A stretch of DNA of 64,000 bases from Hydrolagus colliei. Lineage: Eukaryota. The number at the start of each line of letters is the position of its first letter. The stretch's first letter is position 1. The stretch covers positions 23,312,001 through 23,376,000 of the forward strand of contig CM068749.1 of the NCBI GenBank assembly GCA_035084275.1. The letters run 5' to 3'. The notes under the pieces are model-generated. The model saw only the letters and a program-made list of their open reading frames with translations, did not search any database and was not told where the DNA came from. A program made the position numbers and the translations under genes. Of this stretch, positions 1-13,077 are shown one piece after another.

Positions 1-87
1 ACTGAATGCTTTTTTTTAAGTGCAGATTTGAAAACAAAATTATGAAATGGGCAGATTATATAGATTGCATACAAAATAATAATCATA

Positions 88-190
88 TAACAATCCTTGC
101 ATTTGATATAGTGCTTTTCACGGCTTTCAGATGTCTCAAAGCGCTTCACAGAATATACTGTAAAGTGAATTGACTGTTTATTTGTGGGCG
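88..190 (-). mobile_element. SINE 3' fragment
   Basis: Reverse complement of the family tail (aatccttgcatttgatata...ctcaaagcgcttcacagaatatactgtaaagtgaattgactg). Confidence 0.85.
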
Positions 191-784
191 GAAAATACAA
201 CTTTATATTTGAATTTTTTTTAGTTTTCTTAAAAGTTTAGTCATCGTTAGTAAATTATCTAAAATTGTGCATATTTCAAGTCATCTGCTTTCCCTGGTAA
301 TCATATTTTTATGGTAATGTTTCAGGTTGTGAACTTCAGCAACATAGTCCAATATATAATCAATCTTACATATCTTTGTGCAGGTATTACTACATCTGTT
401 TTGGTGCTTTTAAAAAATATATTTTTGAAGCATAATTTTGTGAGTTTTTCCAAGTCATGCCAAACCTAACATCTCCTACATCAACCTGTTTGGTTCTGTC
501 ACCTCAGGAGTTGACTGTCATTGTAGGCAACCTCTCTTTACTTCTAGCCCCCACCCTCCCTCCCCCATCTCCAACTGCGTTGGCAAATTTCCCAGTCTGG
601 AGATTACCTCTCAGGTCCTTGCTTCTGCTAATGATCTCTAATGCCCTGATTTACAATGAAAACATGCTCTTCAAAACACACAGGGAATCATCAATTTATG
701 ATGGTACATTATCATGTCTGTCAGACAAAGTTTCGTTGTATCGGAAAGTTTATTGGAGAAATGTTCTGTGTGGTTATTGTCGTC

Positions 785-1097
785 CAAGCGAGAGACCTGT
801 GTTTGAATCCAGCCAGGTCAGGGTGAAACCGTGGGCAAGTTTCCTTACTCCACACACACACGCACACGCACTTAATAATAATCTGTCCGCCCAAAAAAAC
901 ACAATAATACAAATTGGTCATTTTCAATCCAGGACTGTTTGTTGGGGACCCTGCTGTGCGCAATTGGCTGCCGTGTTTTGCCCACATATATACAGTCAAT
1001 TCACTTTACAGTATATTCTGTGAAGCGCTTTGAGACGTCGATAAGATGTGAAAAGCGACCATATCAAATACAAGGATTATTATTATTATTATTATTA
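785..1097 (+). mobile_element. tRNA-derived SINE, slightly 5'-truncated
   Basis: B-box-like gtttgaatcc, gggcaagtttccttactcc(ac)n body, conserved tail ending in (TTA)n. Confidence 0.9.
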
Positions 1098-2464
1098 CAT
1101 GGGACCATGGGACCAGTTGAGTGAATGCATTTTCTGGTCAGAAACTCCTTGATTTAAGCACAGGACATCCATTACTGAGCACTGTTTGCACCAGCCTGAG
1201 TGTGAGCTGTCTCACTAATTCAGTATGGCTGTCGGGAACATGGTGTCTTAGTGGAACGCTGTGCATCAGAAAAGTGGTGAAGTGGTCAATACTGCGAAGG
1301 GCAAATGCACTTTCTGTGTTGGGACCATTTCAAATCTCTGCTTTACCCTCTGGCTCTTGCCGCTGTTTTAAAAGCTGTCGTCAGGATTTAAATAAGACTT
1401 CAACACATTCCATTCCAGAAGAATTCTCTTAATCTTAACAACAACAATGGGAACAACAGTTTGCGTTGATATAGCACCCTTCATGTTAGGCGGATGGAAG
1501 AGAGAAGTAATTCGGTACATCCTTTAACACTGCTTTGCTGTGCTTGTAGTGCAAGTGTTTCAAATTGCATAAAAGCAAAGGGGGAAAAAAAATCATTGAG
1601 CCCAATCAGTTCACTGCTTTAACAGGCTAAGTGGCGTAGTTCTGTCATGGACTCGCTTGAGAAAGTCAGATGAAACCTTGACAAAGACTTTGAAATTCCT
1701 CCCTATCCTTAACCCTGTGTCGTAAACTGCTTTGGCCTCTCGTTTCTTCACACTGAGAATCTGTGATCAAATATTCCACATCTACAGTCAGTTCTTTGTA
1801 CTTTGCTTTATCCACAAGTGTAAAGGTTACGCAGAAAACCAAATGCATAAACACACAGGACAATTTAACCACTTTATCCTTGTGAGAGTCAAATATCCCG
1901 AGCACAAGTATTTTTTGGCATACTTTTAGCTGAAAATATCCCATAGATTTTCTCTGGAATATTTTTTCTTGTCATCACTTTTTTTTGATCTGTGCTATTG
2001 GATGTAGCTCGGAGGTTAACTCATTGTGCATTGAAATATCTTAAAAGCAAAAAACAAGGATCTTTGCAGGAATCATTATGCATCACTTGGTAGAATGTAA
2101 CTTTTCAAATGATCGGTTTCCATATTAATATTATTTATGGAATCACATGCTGTTGAATGATGTTTCCTATTTTGATTGGAACTCAAGCAAATCAAATGTT
2201 TCTGTTTGCAAACTGTTTTTTAATCCACAGGCGCACATAATATTTTCGGCAATTATGCTTTGTAATGAAACTGGCCAAAAGTGTCATTTGTGATAGTGCT
2301 TTGAGATTTCCAACGCACAAGATGCTATATCAGATGTGAGGGTTGTTATTTTTACATCTATGCGCCTACTTTGCAGACTCATCACCATTTTTCAGTACTT
2401 TTTTTTATTCTTAGTAGCTATTTGCAGACTCCTTCAGTGTAGTGAAAGTTCTTATTTTGAGTGT

Positions 2465-2527
2465 TTCTCTGAGACGCCGTCCGGCGTGGAGGGCGCTATA
2501 TAAATTGAAGTTGTTGTGGTTGTTGTT
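2465..2527 (+). mobile_element. L2-type LINE 3' tail (type B)
   Basis: ctctgagacgccgtccggcgtggagggcgctatataaat followed by (GTT)n. A related copy lies at about 2905-3010. Confidence 0.7.
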
Positions 2528-3292
2528 CTCTGGGTTTTTGACTTGCCTTCGCTTGTCTTTAATTTACTCACTCCTCCTGCCTCCCAGATGCTATTAAAGT
2601 CGCCAAGTTAATGTCTCATAATTCACTCAATAACATGCTGCTTACGCAATCTTATCGCCTTCATTCAGAATTGCTTTTAAATGTAATTATTTCCTTCTTG
2701 CCCAATCCAGTGCAGACATCTTAATGGACTTGAAAACCACATGTCATTGAAGGTTATTGAGGATTTAAGACCATGAGAGTTTGCAAACAAAGTTTGTTCA
2801 ATTGTCTTATGACATTCAAAACTGGTGTAATTCTGCTACCGATTCGTGTGGGTTAAGGGTACTGTGGATTTGTGTCTACTAGAATGTGTTTTGACCACAC
2901 CTACAGTCACCTTCCCCCTCCCACTGGCTCGGCCTCTAGCTCCGCCATTGCTTAGTGCTCTGAGACACTGCCTAGCGTGGAGGGCGCTATATAAATGCAA
3001 GTTGTTGTTTTGAAATCGCTTAAAGTCCTTTTACTTAAGTCACTAGAGAGTGGAAGTGTATTTTGCCTACCTAGTCGTTTGCTAATCAGGTAATGAAATA
3101 CAATCACTATCTTTGAATTGACTCCTTTACAGTTTGATAAACCTCCATCTTGTGTCCACTGAATCAGAAAATGATCATAGTTGGCCGCAAGGAAATAAAA
3201 GGCTTTGAAGGTTACAGTTCCAAACTTCTAAAACTGTAGTAGTGAGCGCATGTTTACCAATGGTTGAAATGTAACACGAACTCCAAGTTAAT

Positions 3293-3545
3293 TAACAACA
3301 ACAACAAAATTACATGTGTAGAGTCCCTTTTAACGTTGGGAGAATGTCCCAAGGTGCTGGACAGTCAGCTGGAGCCTGGATCAAGGAGGGTAGAGGGAAG
3401 GATGGGGGAAGGGGGGTGATCGATGGCACGGTTGAAGAGAAGGGTCTTGTGGCAGTGTGACTGAGCACTTTTAAGAGGGCAGGGAAATTTGAAACCACAG
3501 TGACCAGTCTTCCCAATAAACAGTTTTTATGGAAACTTGTTAAAC
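3293..3545 (-). mobile_element. L2 LINE 3' fragment, degraded
   Basis: (AAC)n tail, then the reverse complement of the cagcaccttgggaca..aacgttaaaagggactc tail and a purine-rich UTR, like the element at 24860-25325. Confidence 0.6.
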
Positions 3546-5305
3546 GTCCTCGATCTCCGTTCATGTTAGGAGGGTGTCTGCCATTTCACAGGAATCACTG
3601 AAGTGCAATGTATTTTGCAGACAACGTCCGACAAATAGCCACAAAGTGAATGACCGATTGGACTGTTGGCCAGGACACCAGGAGAGAGAGAGAGAGAGAG
3701 AGAGAATCTCCCTTCTCTTTTCAAATGAGTGCGTTGGGGATCTCATTTCAATCAATCAATCAATCAATCAATCAAAACTTACATTTATAAAGGATGGCGT
3801 CTCCAATGTTCTTCGATGCCATGCTCAGAAGAGCACACCACAGGTGTAAAACCTCGATGGTTTTACTCATTCCTACGCCATTTATCCTATCTGCACAAAA
3901 GTGGGGTTGCCAATTCACACCTTTTGATGGGAGCTGAACAGCCAAATGTGTGATAGGATGCCTTCAAAGTTAGAAAAAGAGCGCCGGCTTTCATTTTGTC
4001 TGCCTGGATTTGGCTCAAATAGCCTAGAGGTAACAGGGTAGTTTTATTGATTTGCTGTAGAACACAGGGCCCCCTCCCTCCTCCTGCTCCCCACCTTGTG
4101 TCAATGTTAGTTTTAACAGGAGGAATATTTTAAAGGGTGAAACGGTTGTGAAGTTTGCCCAGCGCATTCCTCTTCACCGTTTATGAGCTGTTTTTAACAC
4201 TGCTGCTCTTTTTTTGAACGCAACAGAAAGCAGCCGTTCAAATATTTCAAATATTTCAGGTTTCCGAGGGGGTGTAATCTAATATGATTTAATTAATGGC
4301 TTGCATAGCAAAGCCATCTGAGATGCTAATTTGGGAATTCCTCTGTTTAATTTGAGGAGCAAAGAGCACACATGTGCACTAATGTTTGACAAATGACCTG
4401 CTCTGCGTGATAGACCTAGCTGGGTCCACTGAGACTCTCCACCATGATCATTATTTGCTAATGAAGTTAATGGATTCCGTTAGAGGCCGCATTGTCGCCT
4501 AGACAGAGGCACGGTATGAGATAATTAATTCAGTGTGTGAGTTACTGGCACAAGTGCGAGAATATGCTAGTTGTAAGTGGGTTTACCTCCCAGTTTCTCA
4601 AGAACCATGGTGAAGGCAAATCCAGTTGACGAATCCCCTCCTCCCCAGTTCTCATCTTTTTACTGATTTTGCATCTGGACAGATTATACAGAATATACAG
4701 TCAATTCACTTCACAGTGTGTTCTGTGAAGCGCTTTGAGACATTGACAAGATGTGAAAAGCACTATATCAAATGCAAGGATTATTATTATTATTGTTAAA
4801 CCCTCAAATACTTGACATTCGCCCATAAAATACACAGTCACTTCACTTGTCAGTAAATCAAATGAAGCACTTTGAAATATCCTGATGTGAAAAGGCACTC
4901 TTATCAAATGCAAGGATTATTACTATTTCTGGAAATTCTTCTTGGTTTAATAAATAAATAATTAACATTGGGAAATAACAGATTTAATGCCCCCGCACCC
5001 CCCTCCCCCCCCCATTTAAACATTCACGGGAATTAATTTGCATTGGCTTTAAAGTCAATCATTAAAAATGCTGCACTTTTCCCCCACATGCTCTGCCCAA
5101 AGCCTCTCTGCAAACAACAAATTGGAAGAGATTTTGACCTTTGCTCCTAACATCTGATCTTGGTTTCCATTTTTTCCTCCCTTTGAGAGAGGAGCAGGGT
5201 GATTCCAAAGGTGCCAACAGCTTTCTGATCCCTTGTCTGAATCTAAGAATTTTAGCACTAAAGCTATACTATCCTGGTGCATTAACAAGCCCAGAAGGGT
5301 TAAAG

Positions 5306-5620
5306 TGGAGCTCCTGTAGCTCAGCTGTTAGACCACTCGCCTTACAAGCGTGAGACCTGTGTTCGAACCCAGGCAGGTCAGGGCTAAACCATGGGCAAGT
5401 TTCCTTACTCTAATAATAATCCCTCCAAAAAATCCACAATACTGCAATAAAATTGGTCATTTCAATCCATGAGTGTTTGTGGGGGATGCTGCTGTGCGCA
5501 ATTGGCTGCTGCGTTTCACCACATACAGTCAATCCACTTTACAGTATATTCTGCGAAACGCTTTGAGACACTCTAGAATGCGTGAAAAGCGCTATATCAA
5601 ATGCAAGGATTATTATTATA
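5306..5620 (+). mobile_element. tRNA-derived SINE, full length
   Basis: ggagctcctgTAGCTCAGctg A box, GTTCGAACCC B box, conserved body, tail tatatcaaatgcaaggattattatt. Confidence 0.95.
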
Positions 5621-6049
5621 ATTTTACAGATTTGCTCTCCCTACACCTTACCACGGGCCAAATGAAGGACACTGCCACAACAACAACAACAGTTTGAGTT
5701 TATACTGCGCCCTTCTTGCCTGTAGCGTCTCGAAGCTCGCCAGCTGAGATCAATGCAGAGCAAGAATAAACTCAATTGTTGTTGAACAAACCATTGATGT
5801 ATTTGACACGCCACAATTGATGTATGTTTAAAAGTTAGCTGGTTTAAACATCATTTATTCTTTTCCTTCCAAAAAGAGCAGCTGGCTATGTTCTGGTTCC
5901 AACACCAGCAGACATTGTTGGAAATGAATGGCCGGCGGTCGTCATTAAGCAACTAAGACAGAGACTGTTTTGGCAGTTAGGTCATCACCAGTGGGCATTT
6001 CTTAGCCAGGAGGTGTAGAGGAACACAATTGAGTGAGTGGCTGAGATGT

Positions 6050-6535
6050 AATAATAATAATCCTCGTGTTTGATTCTGTACAATAATAATCCTCGCATTT
6101 GATATAGCTCCTTATCACGTCTTTGAGATGTCTCAAAGCGCTCCACAGCATATAATGTAAAGTGACTTGACTGTGTATTTTGTGGGCAAAAACACGGCAG
6201 CTAATTGTGCTCAGCAGCATCCCCCACAAACAGTAGTGGATTGAGTGACCAATTACTATTTATATCTGTATATAGCATTGTATCACGTTGTTCAGACATC
6301 TCAAAACGCTTCACAGGATAAACTGTAACGCTGAGGGTGAAGAATTTTGACTCCCAAGTGAAGAACCTTTCACTTACATGGATCTAAATCGGTTTGTTTT
6401 ATGTATGCCCACAACTAATAATATAATAATAATCCTTGTGTTTTGATATAGCGGCTTTTCACGTCTTCTAGACTGCGTCTCAAAGCGCTTCACGGAATAT
6501 ACTGTACAGTGAATTGACTGTTTTTCTGGGTGAAA
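6050..6535 (-). mobile_element. Cluster of SINE 3' fragments
   Basis: Three reverse-oriented tail segments at about 6080-6255, 6270-6330 and 6420-6535. Confidence 0.8.
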
Positions 6536-7079
6536 GTAAACCAGCCATGTTCACAGTAAACATGAACGCCACATGTCAAACACATGTTGGTGATACCTTT
6601 GTGAAGCTGGGGGGAAGGAAGTTTCGCTGAAATGGTTAATTTGAGCGCTGTCCCTTAATAAATGTATTTTTAACAAGGTCTGCAGCGTATGAACCTACAA
6701 TAAGTAAATCAATAGCCTTTCTAATGATTGTGCAGGAATCACATATTGCAATGATCTGTGGTGAGCCTGGCAATTTTTTTTTGCAAGTAAATCAGATCTC
6801 GATGTGGTAAAACTCATTGGTTATACAAGGTGGATCACACCAGCTACTTGATGTTATTTCCTGCTGGTTTGACCTTGGATCACCTTCAAATCCCTCCGGC
6901 ATTTCGCTCCCCCTCACAACATCCTCCCTCCACCCCCCCACCATTTGTTTGCCACGTCCTTTGATCTGACCATTCCCTTTGCTCGGTGAACATTGGGCTG
7001 CTCTCTCTCCACCCCACGCTCAGCAGGTGGGCTTTCAGCCAGCCATCCTGAAATGGAACTCCCATCATGGAGTCTCTCT

Positions 7080-7390
7080 TACTCTGTAGCTCAGTGGTTA
7101 GAGCACTCGCCTTACAAGTGCGAGACCTGTGTTCGAATCCAGGCAGGTCAGGGCGAAACCTCGGGCAAATTTCCTTACTCCACACACACACCTAATAATA
7201 ATCCGTCCCAAAAAAACACAATAATAAAAATTGGGTCATTTAAATCCACGACTATTTGTGGGGACGCTGCTGTGCGCAATTGGCTGCTGCGTTTTGTCCA
7301 CAAATATATAGTCAGTTCACTTTACAGTATATTCTGTGAAGTGCTTTGAGACATCGATAAGATGTATCAAATGCAAGGATTATTATTACT
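7080..7390 (+). mobile_element. tRNA-derived SINE, full length
   Basis: tgTAGCTCAGTGGttagagcactcgccttacaag...GTTCGAATCC head and complete body and tail. Confidence 0.95.
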
Positions 7391-8919
7391 CACTCATTTC
7401 CTTCTTGCTCTTGATTGTGCTTTTGGTCATGTTTTCTCCCTCAGCTGCTCAGCTGGCAATGCCAAGTGCTTTGAGATACCCCACAGACATGAAAGATACT
7501 ATATCAATCTAAATTGTATTGAAGTTGATTCACACTCTTCTTTAACTGAGGACAGTTTTGTGACCTGGCTGTAAACCTGTGATATTACTGCTATTTACTT
7601 ACCATTAGGAAGTGCGAAAGCTTGTTTACTGGATGATTTTGCTGTTGGGAATCCTTATCACTGACTTTGGACAGTTAACACACTGCACCATTGGAGCTGC
7701 TGGTTTCAGAGTCTTTAATTTGTGGTGCTTTCCTGATCCTCCAATGGCTATGTTGGGTGGCACAGTTTCTTTTGTCTGTCTACACGTTGCAACATAAATT
7801 TCTCGTGTGTATTTTCCACATTTATTTCAGCAGTAACGCTCACAGCCATTTTGCCAAGATTTGTGGAGTTACCGTTGCAAACTTCCTTAAACTGCAAAAT
7901 CAATGTGCGACTGTTGACGTGTGAAATTCGGCCAGACCTCCCGAGTGCTGTGAATAACTGTAGCCAGGCTAATTTGAGCAGCACTAAATTTTCAGCAAAA
8001 ACAAATGCCCTTTCAAGTCTTGACGCTAAGGCTTGCTTACTTGCACGAATAGATGTGTTTTATAGGGCCGCTACAGAAGTGATAGATGACTGCTTGGTTG
8101 TGCAGAAACATAAAGTGATCAGCTCGTTCTTTTGAATGTTCTCACTACGACTTGAAGGTGCTTGTTACACATGAGGTGTTCTTTCATAGAGTAAATGGAT
8201 ATTTTAGATCACTCACTTGATTGCTACCTGCTTTGCAAAAGGGTTGGCTTTGAATCCTGCCCCCACCCCTCTCAACTCCCCAACACTGGAAAAGATTGTT
8301 GGCTGCACTTGAGTGTGTTCTTTCTTTTCCTCCCAGATCTAGGTTTTCCACCAAATTGTGCCATTTAACCAACTTGATCTTTCTAATCTGTGTTTTTGTT
8401 TTGGGTGGGGAAGGAGATCGAGAGGTAAATCACCTGTACTTGCATGGCTCTGGTCAGATCGAGTCTTAGTTGGCAAGCAGAAGATGTAAGCAGCTTGTAC
8501 AGTGTGCCTTCTCATGTATCCCAAGGCACTTAACAAATATAATGGAGACAAAAGCACAGGTAAAAAAAAGAGGAGATGTTGACCAAAAGTATGGTGGAAA
8601 GAGATAAGGTTTTAAGAGTGTGGTGTTTTGGAAAAACAGTAGGAGAAAAAATGAGGCAAAATTATTTTGGAAGCGAGTTGCAGAGGGCAGAGGAATGATT
8701 ACTGAAGGCTTGGCTCTTGGTGGTGGGGTGGAAGGAGTGAGGCAAATTGACCTACATATGTGAAAGTCTTTGTCTTCAAGCCTCTTTGTTTTCAAGCTTT
8801 GAGGGTAAAATAGTCATGCGTGTTGTTGTCGTTCTACATTAACAATCTACTGACCTATTAGGATAGTATCACCCTTTCTACGCTGTTTCCACTTACCCAA
8901 TATAGCAGGAAGCCATTCG

Positions 8920-9120
8920 TACAATAATAATAACAATCCTTGCACTTGATATAGAGCTTTTCACGTCTTCTAGAGGTCTCAAAGCGCTTCACTGAATACA
9001 CTATAAAGTGAATTGACTGTATATTTGTGGGCGAAACGCGGCAGCCAATTGAGCACAGTGGCGTCCCCCACAAACAGTCGTAGATTGAAATGGCCAATTT
9101 TATTTATTATTCATTATTAT
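8920..9120 (-). mobile_element. SINE 3' half
   Basis: Reverse-complement tail and central domain. Confidence 0.85.
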
Positions 9121-10387
9121 TATATGAATTCAGATCTCATGGTACATATTATTAAAAAGCTATTGCTCAAATTTCTTTCTATCAAGCATTATGTTGAATT
9201 GAATATACAGTATCATTATATATATATATACAGTATACACACGAGCATATATATATATATATAATGCGCTTAGCGATGTGAGTTAGTAATGTGAGCCGCT
9301 GTACTTTGCATGCTCAGGCTGACTCTGGCTTTGCTCACCCGGTGATGGAACTGTTAGGGGTTTGGGTGCACACTGCCTTTGCCGCAGTAAATCACACCAC
9401 TTCACAATTACCATCTCTTCCCTGTGGCCACCTATGCCCTCAAAGCCCAGGGCCTTCTGACTGTGTGTAAACAAACTGTCAGTTGGTATTGCATCAATCA
9501 GACTGCGCAGCTCGCTGGTGCAGCGCTGCCCGTTCCTGCCTCCCGTTTTGCTGTGTTTGAAAATGCCATTTCCGAGAAGATGTTATTGTCTGAACCGATA
9601 GGAGACAGAGAGAGAGAGAAGAGTCTGTGTCTGTCACTTTGCCTGTTCAAGCAGAGACTAACAATCAGGGCATGATATTATCAACCTTGTTGTTATGACA
9701 TATATAGAGGATGCAATCCGCCCTCAAGTTTGGCCAAATCAAACATCTGCTTGTCTCTCCCCCCACCCCCACCCCTCCCCTCCCTCCCCTCCCTTTTGTC
9801 ACTCTGTGTAAATGTGTTTCCTTTAGTGGGGGATTGAGGAGCGCAATCCCGTGACCTGACTCGGTGGACAACATTTCCTCTCTTGGATATTACAAAACCT
9901 GTTTAATTGAATGGTTCTCCATCCCATTATGAAACCCAACTTAAGTTGAAATGGCCTTAAATACGATCAATACTGTTGGTATATTTCAATACCTGATTAA
10001 TTAATAAGAATACTAATAGTTAACAATAGTTAAAATATTATTTCTGTTCTATCCTGGTATGTATCTTCCAGGCTCCTAGATTCTGACTGTAAGGACAGTC
10101 CGGTAACTATGGGTACTCCATGCCTCCCTTCCACTGTTGTGGGCAGTGTAGGGTCAGCATAGGGTCTGCAGTAAGAATGTTTGTCATTAACTTCTGCTGC
10201 CGAAAATGTGATCCAATCCTAAATGGGAACTTTAGACCCTCTGTTTGTGGTGCTGGCACTGCTATTTGAAGGGAGAAGCAGAGAGTGTCCTGGCCACCAG
10301 CCCCTCAGGTAAACTTGGGTCATTCACATCATGGCTGTTGGTGGGACATTGCTGGGTGTGCAAATTGACTGCCATGTTTGCCTACAA

Positions 10388-10612
10388 AATAATAATAATA
10401 TTTGCATTTGATATAGCGCTTTTCACATCTTCTAGATGTTTCTTTGAGACGTCTTCTAGACATCTGCGATACTATCAGACTTCTAGACGTCTCAACGCGC
10501 TTCACAGAATATGCTGTAAAGTGAATTGACTGTATATTTGTGGGCGAAACGCAGCAGCCAATTCCGCACAGCAGTGTCCCCACAAACAGTTGTGGATTGA
10601 AATGACCAGTTT
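10388..10612 (-). mobile_element. SINE 3' half with internally duplicated tail stem
   Basis: Reverse tail with repeated cttctagacgtc segments. Confidence 0.8.
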
Positions 10613-10692
10613 ATTTACACAATTTGCAGTACTGCGAGAAGCACTTTGAGCTGTCCTCCTGACGTAAAAGGCACTATAATCAAATGCAAGGA

Positions 10693-10748
10693 TTCATAGA
10701 ATCTTATGGCACAAAAGGAGGCCGTTCGGCCCATTTAGTCTGTGCCGG
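10693..10748 (-). mobile_element. CR1 LINE 3' tail
   Basis: catagaatcttatggcacaaaaggaggccgttcggcccat is the reverse complement of the tail at 52478-52527. Confidence 0.8.
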
Positions 10749-11232
10749 GAGGATTCTTATTATTATTATTATTATAATCTGTTGTAGTCTCTCTCCTCTA
10801 CATTGTCATTGGTATCAGAAACATCTTCAGGTAGATTCATGTTCCTTGCTAATCTCAGACAGCGAAATACGTGGGAAAGATGGGTCGGGGCAGATGGATC
10901 CAGGCCTTTCCCGTATGCTTTTGTGTAAAGCTCATACTTTTTTTTCTTTCTGCATTCATCTTCGTGACTGGCATCGCAGTGTAACATAATTATTCTTAAT
11001 TTGACTCTCCGTTTGACACCCTCTCTCTGCTGCCAACTGTTCAGTGACCTGACAAGTGTGAAGATCTAAATACAAGGCTGTCACTTAGCATTGTAGCACT
11101 TACATTTGGGCACTTTCCAGAGGTGCTTTAAAACTTTCGCCTGATTTCCAGTGACATGCTTGTTAATCACTCTGCAATTTGTCAAAGGCAAATCCTGCTG
11201 AGCTAAGATTGTTGACTGTAACATGGTGCTCG

Positions 11233-11268
<36 letters not shown>

Positions 11269-11504
11269 GCGATGATGGTTGGGTGTTGCTTTTTCAAAAC
11301 CCTGTGACAAGCTTTGAACTATTAATGGTTTGAAAAATGAAACAAAACAAACCGACAGAGTTCAAACAGACATTCAGAAAGGAACCATTTCTGTAACTCT
11401 TAGGTAATTCATATAATTTCCAGAATTCCCAAAGAAAGCTGGATTGTTTTTCTTAAACCAGGATTTTAAAATAATTTGTGAGTTTATCCTCAAAATATTA
11501 ATAA

Positions 11505-11697
11505 TAGTAATAATACTGTACTTGCATTCGATATAGTGCTTTTCACATCTTATCGATCTCAAAGCGCTTCACAGAATTTACTGTAAAGTGAATTGACTGT
11601 ATATTTGTGGACGTCCCCACAAACAGTCATGGATTGAAATGACCAATTTTATTATTGTGTTTTTTGGGGGACGGATTATTATTATTATTAAGTACTG
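11505..11697 (-). mobile_element. SINE 3' half, about 130 nt upstream of the RNF220 exon
   Basis: Reverse-complement tail and central domain with an internal deletion. Confidence 0.85.
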
Positions 11698-11825
11698 TAA
11701 ATATTACGGTAAACTCACAAATGATCAGACCTGTGCCAATTTTTTTTAAAAGAAAGTGTAAATCTATTATGACTCGACAAGTGATTCCCCCTTTGACTAT
11801 TTCCCTCTTCTGTTTTCCTTCCCAG

Positions 11826-11934
11826 AATATCGGAGGATGCCACCGTCACGACAATCGAAGCGTTGAAAGCCCGTATCCGTGAATTGGAACGACAGCTGTC
11901 TCGTGGGGATCGGTATAAATGTCTTATTTGCATG
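11826..11934 (+). CDS. RNF220: RNF220 E3 ubiquitin ligase, third-from-last coding exon (coiled-coil and first RING CxxC)
   Basis: Polypyrimidine tract and acceptor ...ttttccttcccag at 11825, donor gtatgt at 11935. 109 nt, phase 2 to 0. Translates to ISEDATVTTIEALKARIRELERQLSRGDRYKCLICM, matching the vertebrate RNF220 C-terminus as I recall it (EALKARVRELERQLSRGDRYKCLICM). Confidence 0.97.
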
Positions 11935-12192
11935 GTATGTGTGGTGTGTGCCCTCGCTTTGCTCCACTGTGGAATTGTTATATATAAGAAAAAATCCTCG
12001 CCTCGTCTCTATCGCTGCCAAACAATCAGTGACTAGCTCGAAGATCTATTTCTTTTCACATTAATTTGGGGGAAGTATAATTTTAAGCGAAGGCAGTGGA
12101 TGGAGGCCCTTCTTCTCTCCCATTACTGTTGTGGTCGGAGTATTCTTGAGAGAGTACTTTTTTACACTTTAACAGTGATTATGATGGAGTTG

Positions 12193-12505
12193 TGGAGCTC
12201 CTGTAGCTCAGTGGTTAGAGTACTCACCTTACAAGCGTGAGACCTGTGTTCAAATCCAGGCAGGTCAGGAAACCTTGGGCAAGTTTCCTTTCTCCACACA
12301 CACACCTAATAATAATCCCTCAAAAAAAAACACAATCATAAAATCAATTATTTCAGTGCATGATTGTTTGTGGGGGACCATTGGCTGCTGCGTTTCGCCC
12401 AGAAATATACGGTCAATTCACTTTACAGTACATTCTGTGAAGCGCTTTGAGACGTCGATAAGATGTGAAAAGTGCTTCATCAAATGCAAGGATAAATATT
12501 ATTAT
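12193..12505 (+). mobile_element. tRNA-derived SINE, full length
   Basis: A box TAGCTCAGTGG, B box GTTCAAATCC, full body and tail. Confidence 0.95.
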
Positions 12506-12751
12506 GAACACTGTAAAATGCTGTATTTCATATATGTCTTTAACCTGATGAGACTTTACTACAAATCATTTGCATATATTGGAAGGCTAGCTTGACCATT
12601 TTCTGTTTGCTGCATCTATTACTCGGTCAGTCAGTCTTGGGTGTTTAGACCCTGTGGCTTGTGAATCTGCTTTGCAATGTAATTTTGACTACAGTACTGC
12701 AATCTTAAATGGAGGAGAGAATCAAAACACAATGAGCTTATTCTGTTGTGC

Positions 12752-13077
12752 AGCTCCAGTAGCTCAGTGGTTAGAGCACACGCCTTACAAGTGTGAGACC
12801 TGTGTTCGAATCCAGGCAGATCAGAGCGAAACCTTGGGCAAGTTCCCTTACTCCACACACACACACACGTCTAATAATAAATCCCTCCAAAAAAAACCCA
12901 ATAATAAATTGGTCATTTCAATCCACGACTGTTTGGGGGACGCTGCTGTGCGCAATTGGTTGCCGCGTATTGCCCACAAATATACAGTCAATCCACTTTA
13001 CAGTTTCTTCTGTGAAGCGCTTTGAGACGTCGAAAAGCTATGAAAAGCCGCTATATCAAATGCAATTATTATTATTG
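12752..13077 (+). mobile_element. tRNA-derived SINE, full length
   Basis: A and B boxes, (AC)n linker, tail. Confidence 0.95.

Noticed and set aside
457-1023. 188-aa ORF and the many similar ORFs (RVKPWASFLTPHTH, QSIHFTVYSVKRFETS, MQGLLLLL)
   Set aside because: These are recurring translations of the SINE consensus in different frames, not genes.
7080-7160. tRNA-Val-like sequence with A and B boxes
   Set aside because: It is the SINE head. It lacks a proper acceptor stem and continues into the SINE body in every copy.
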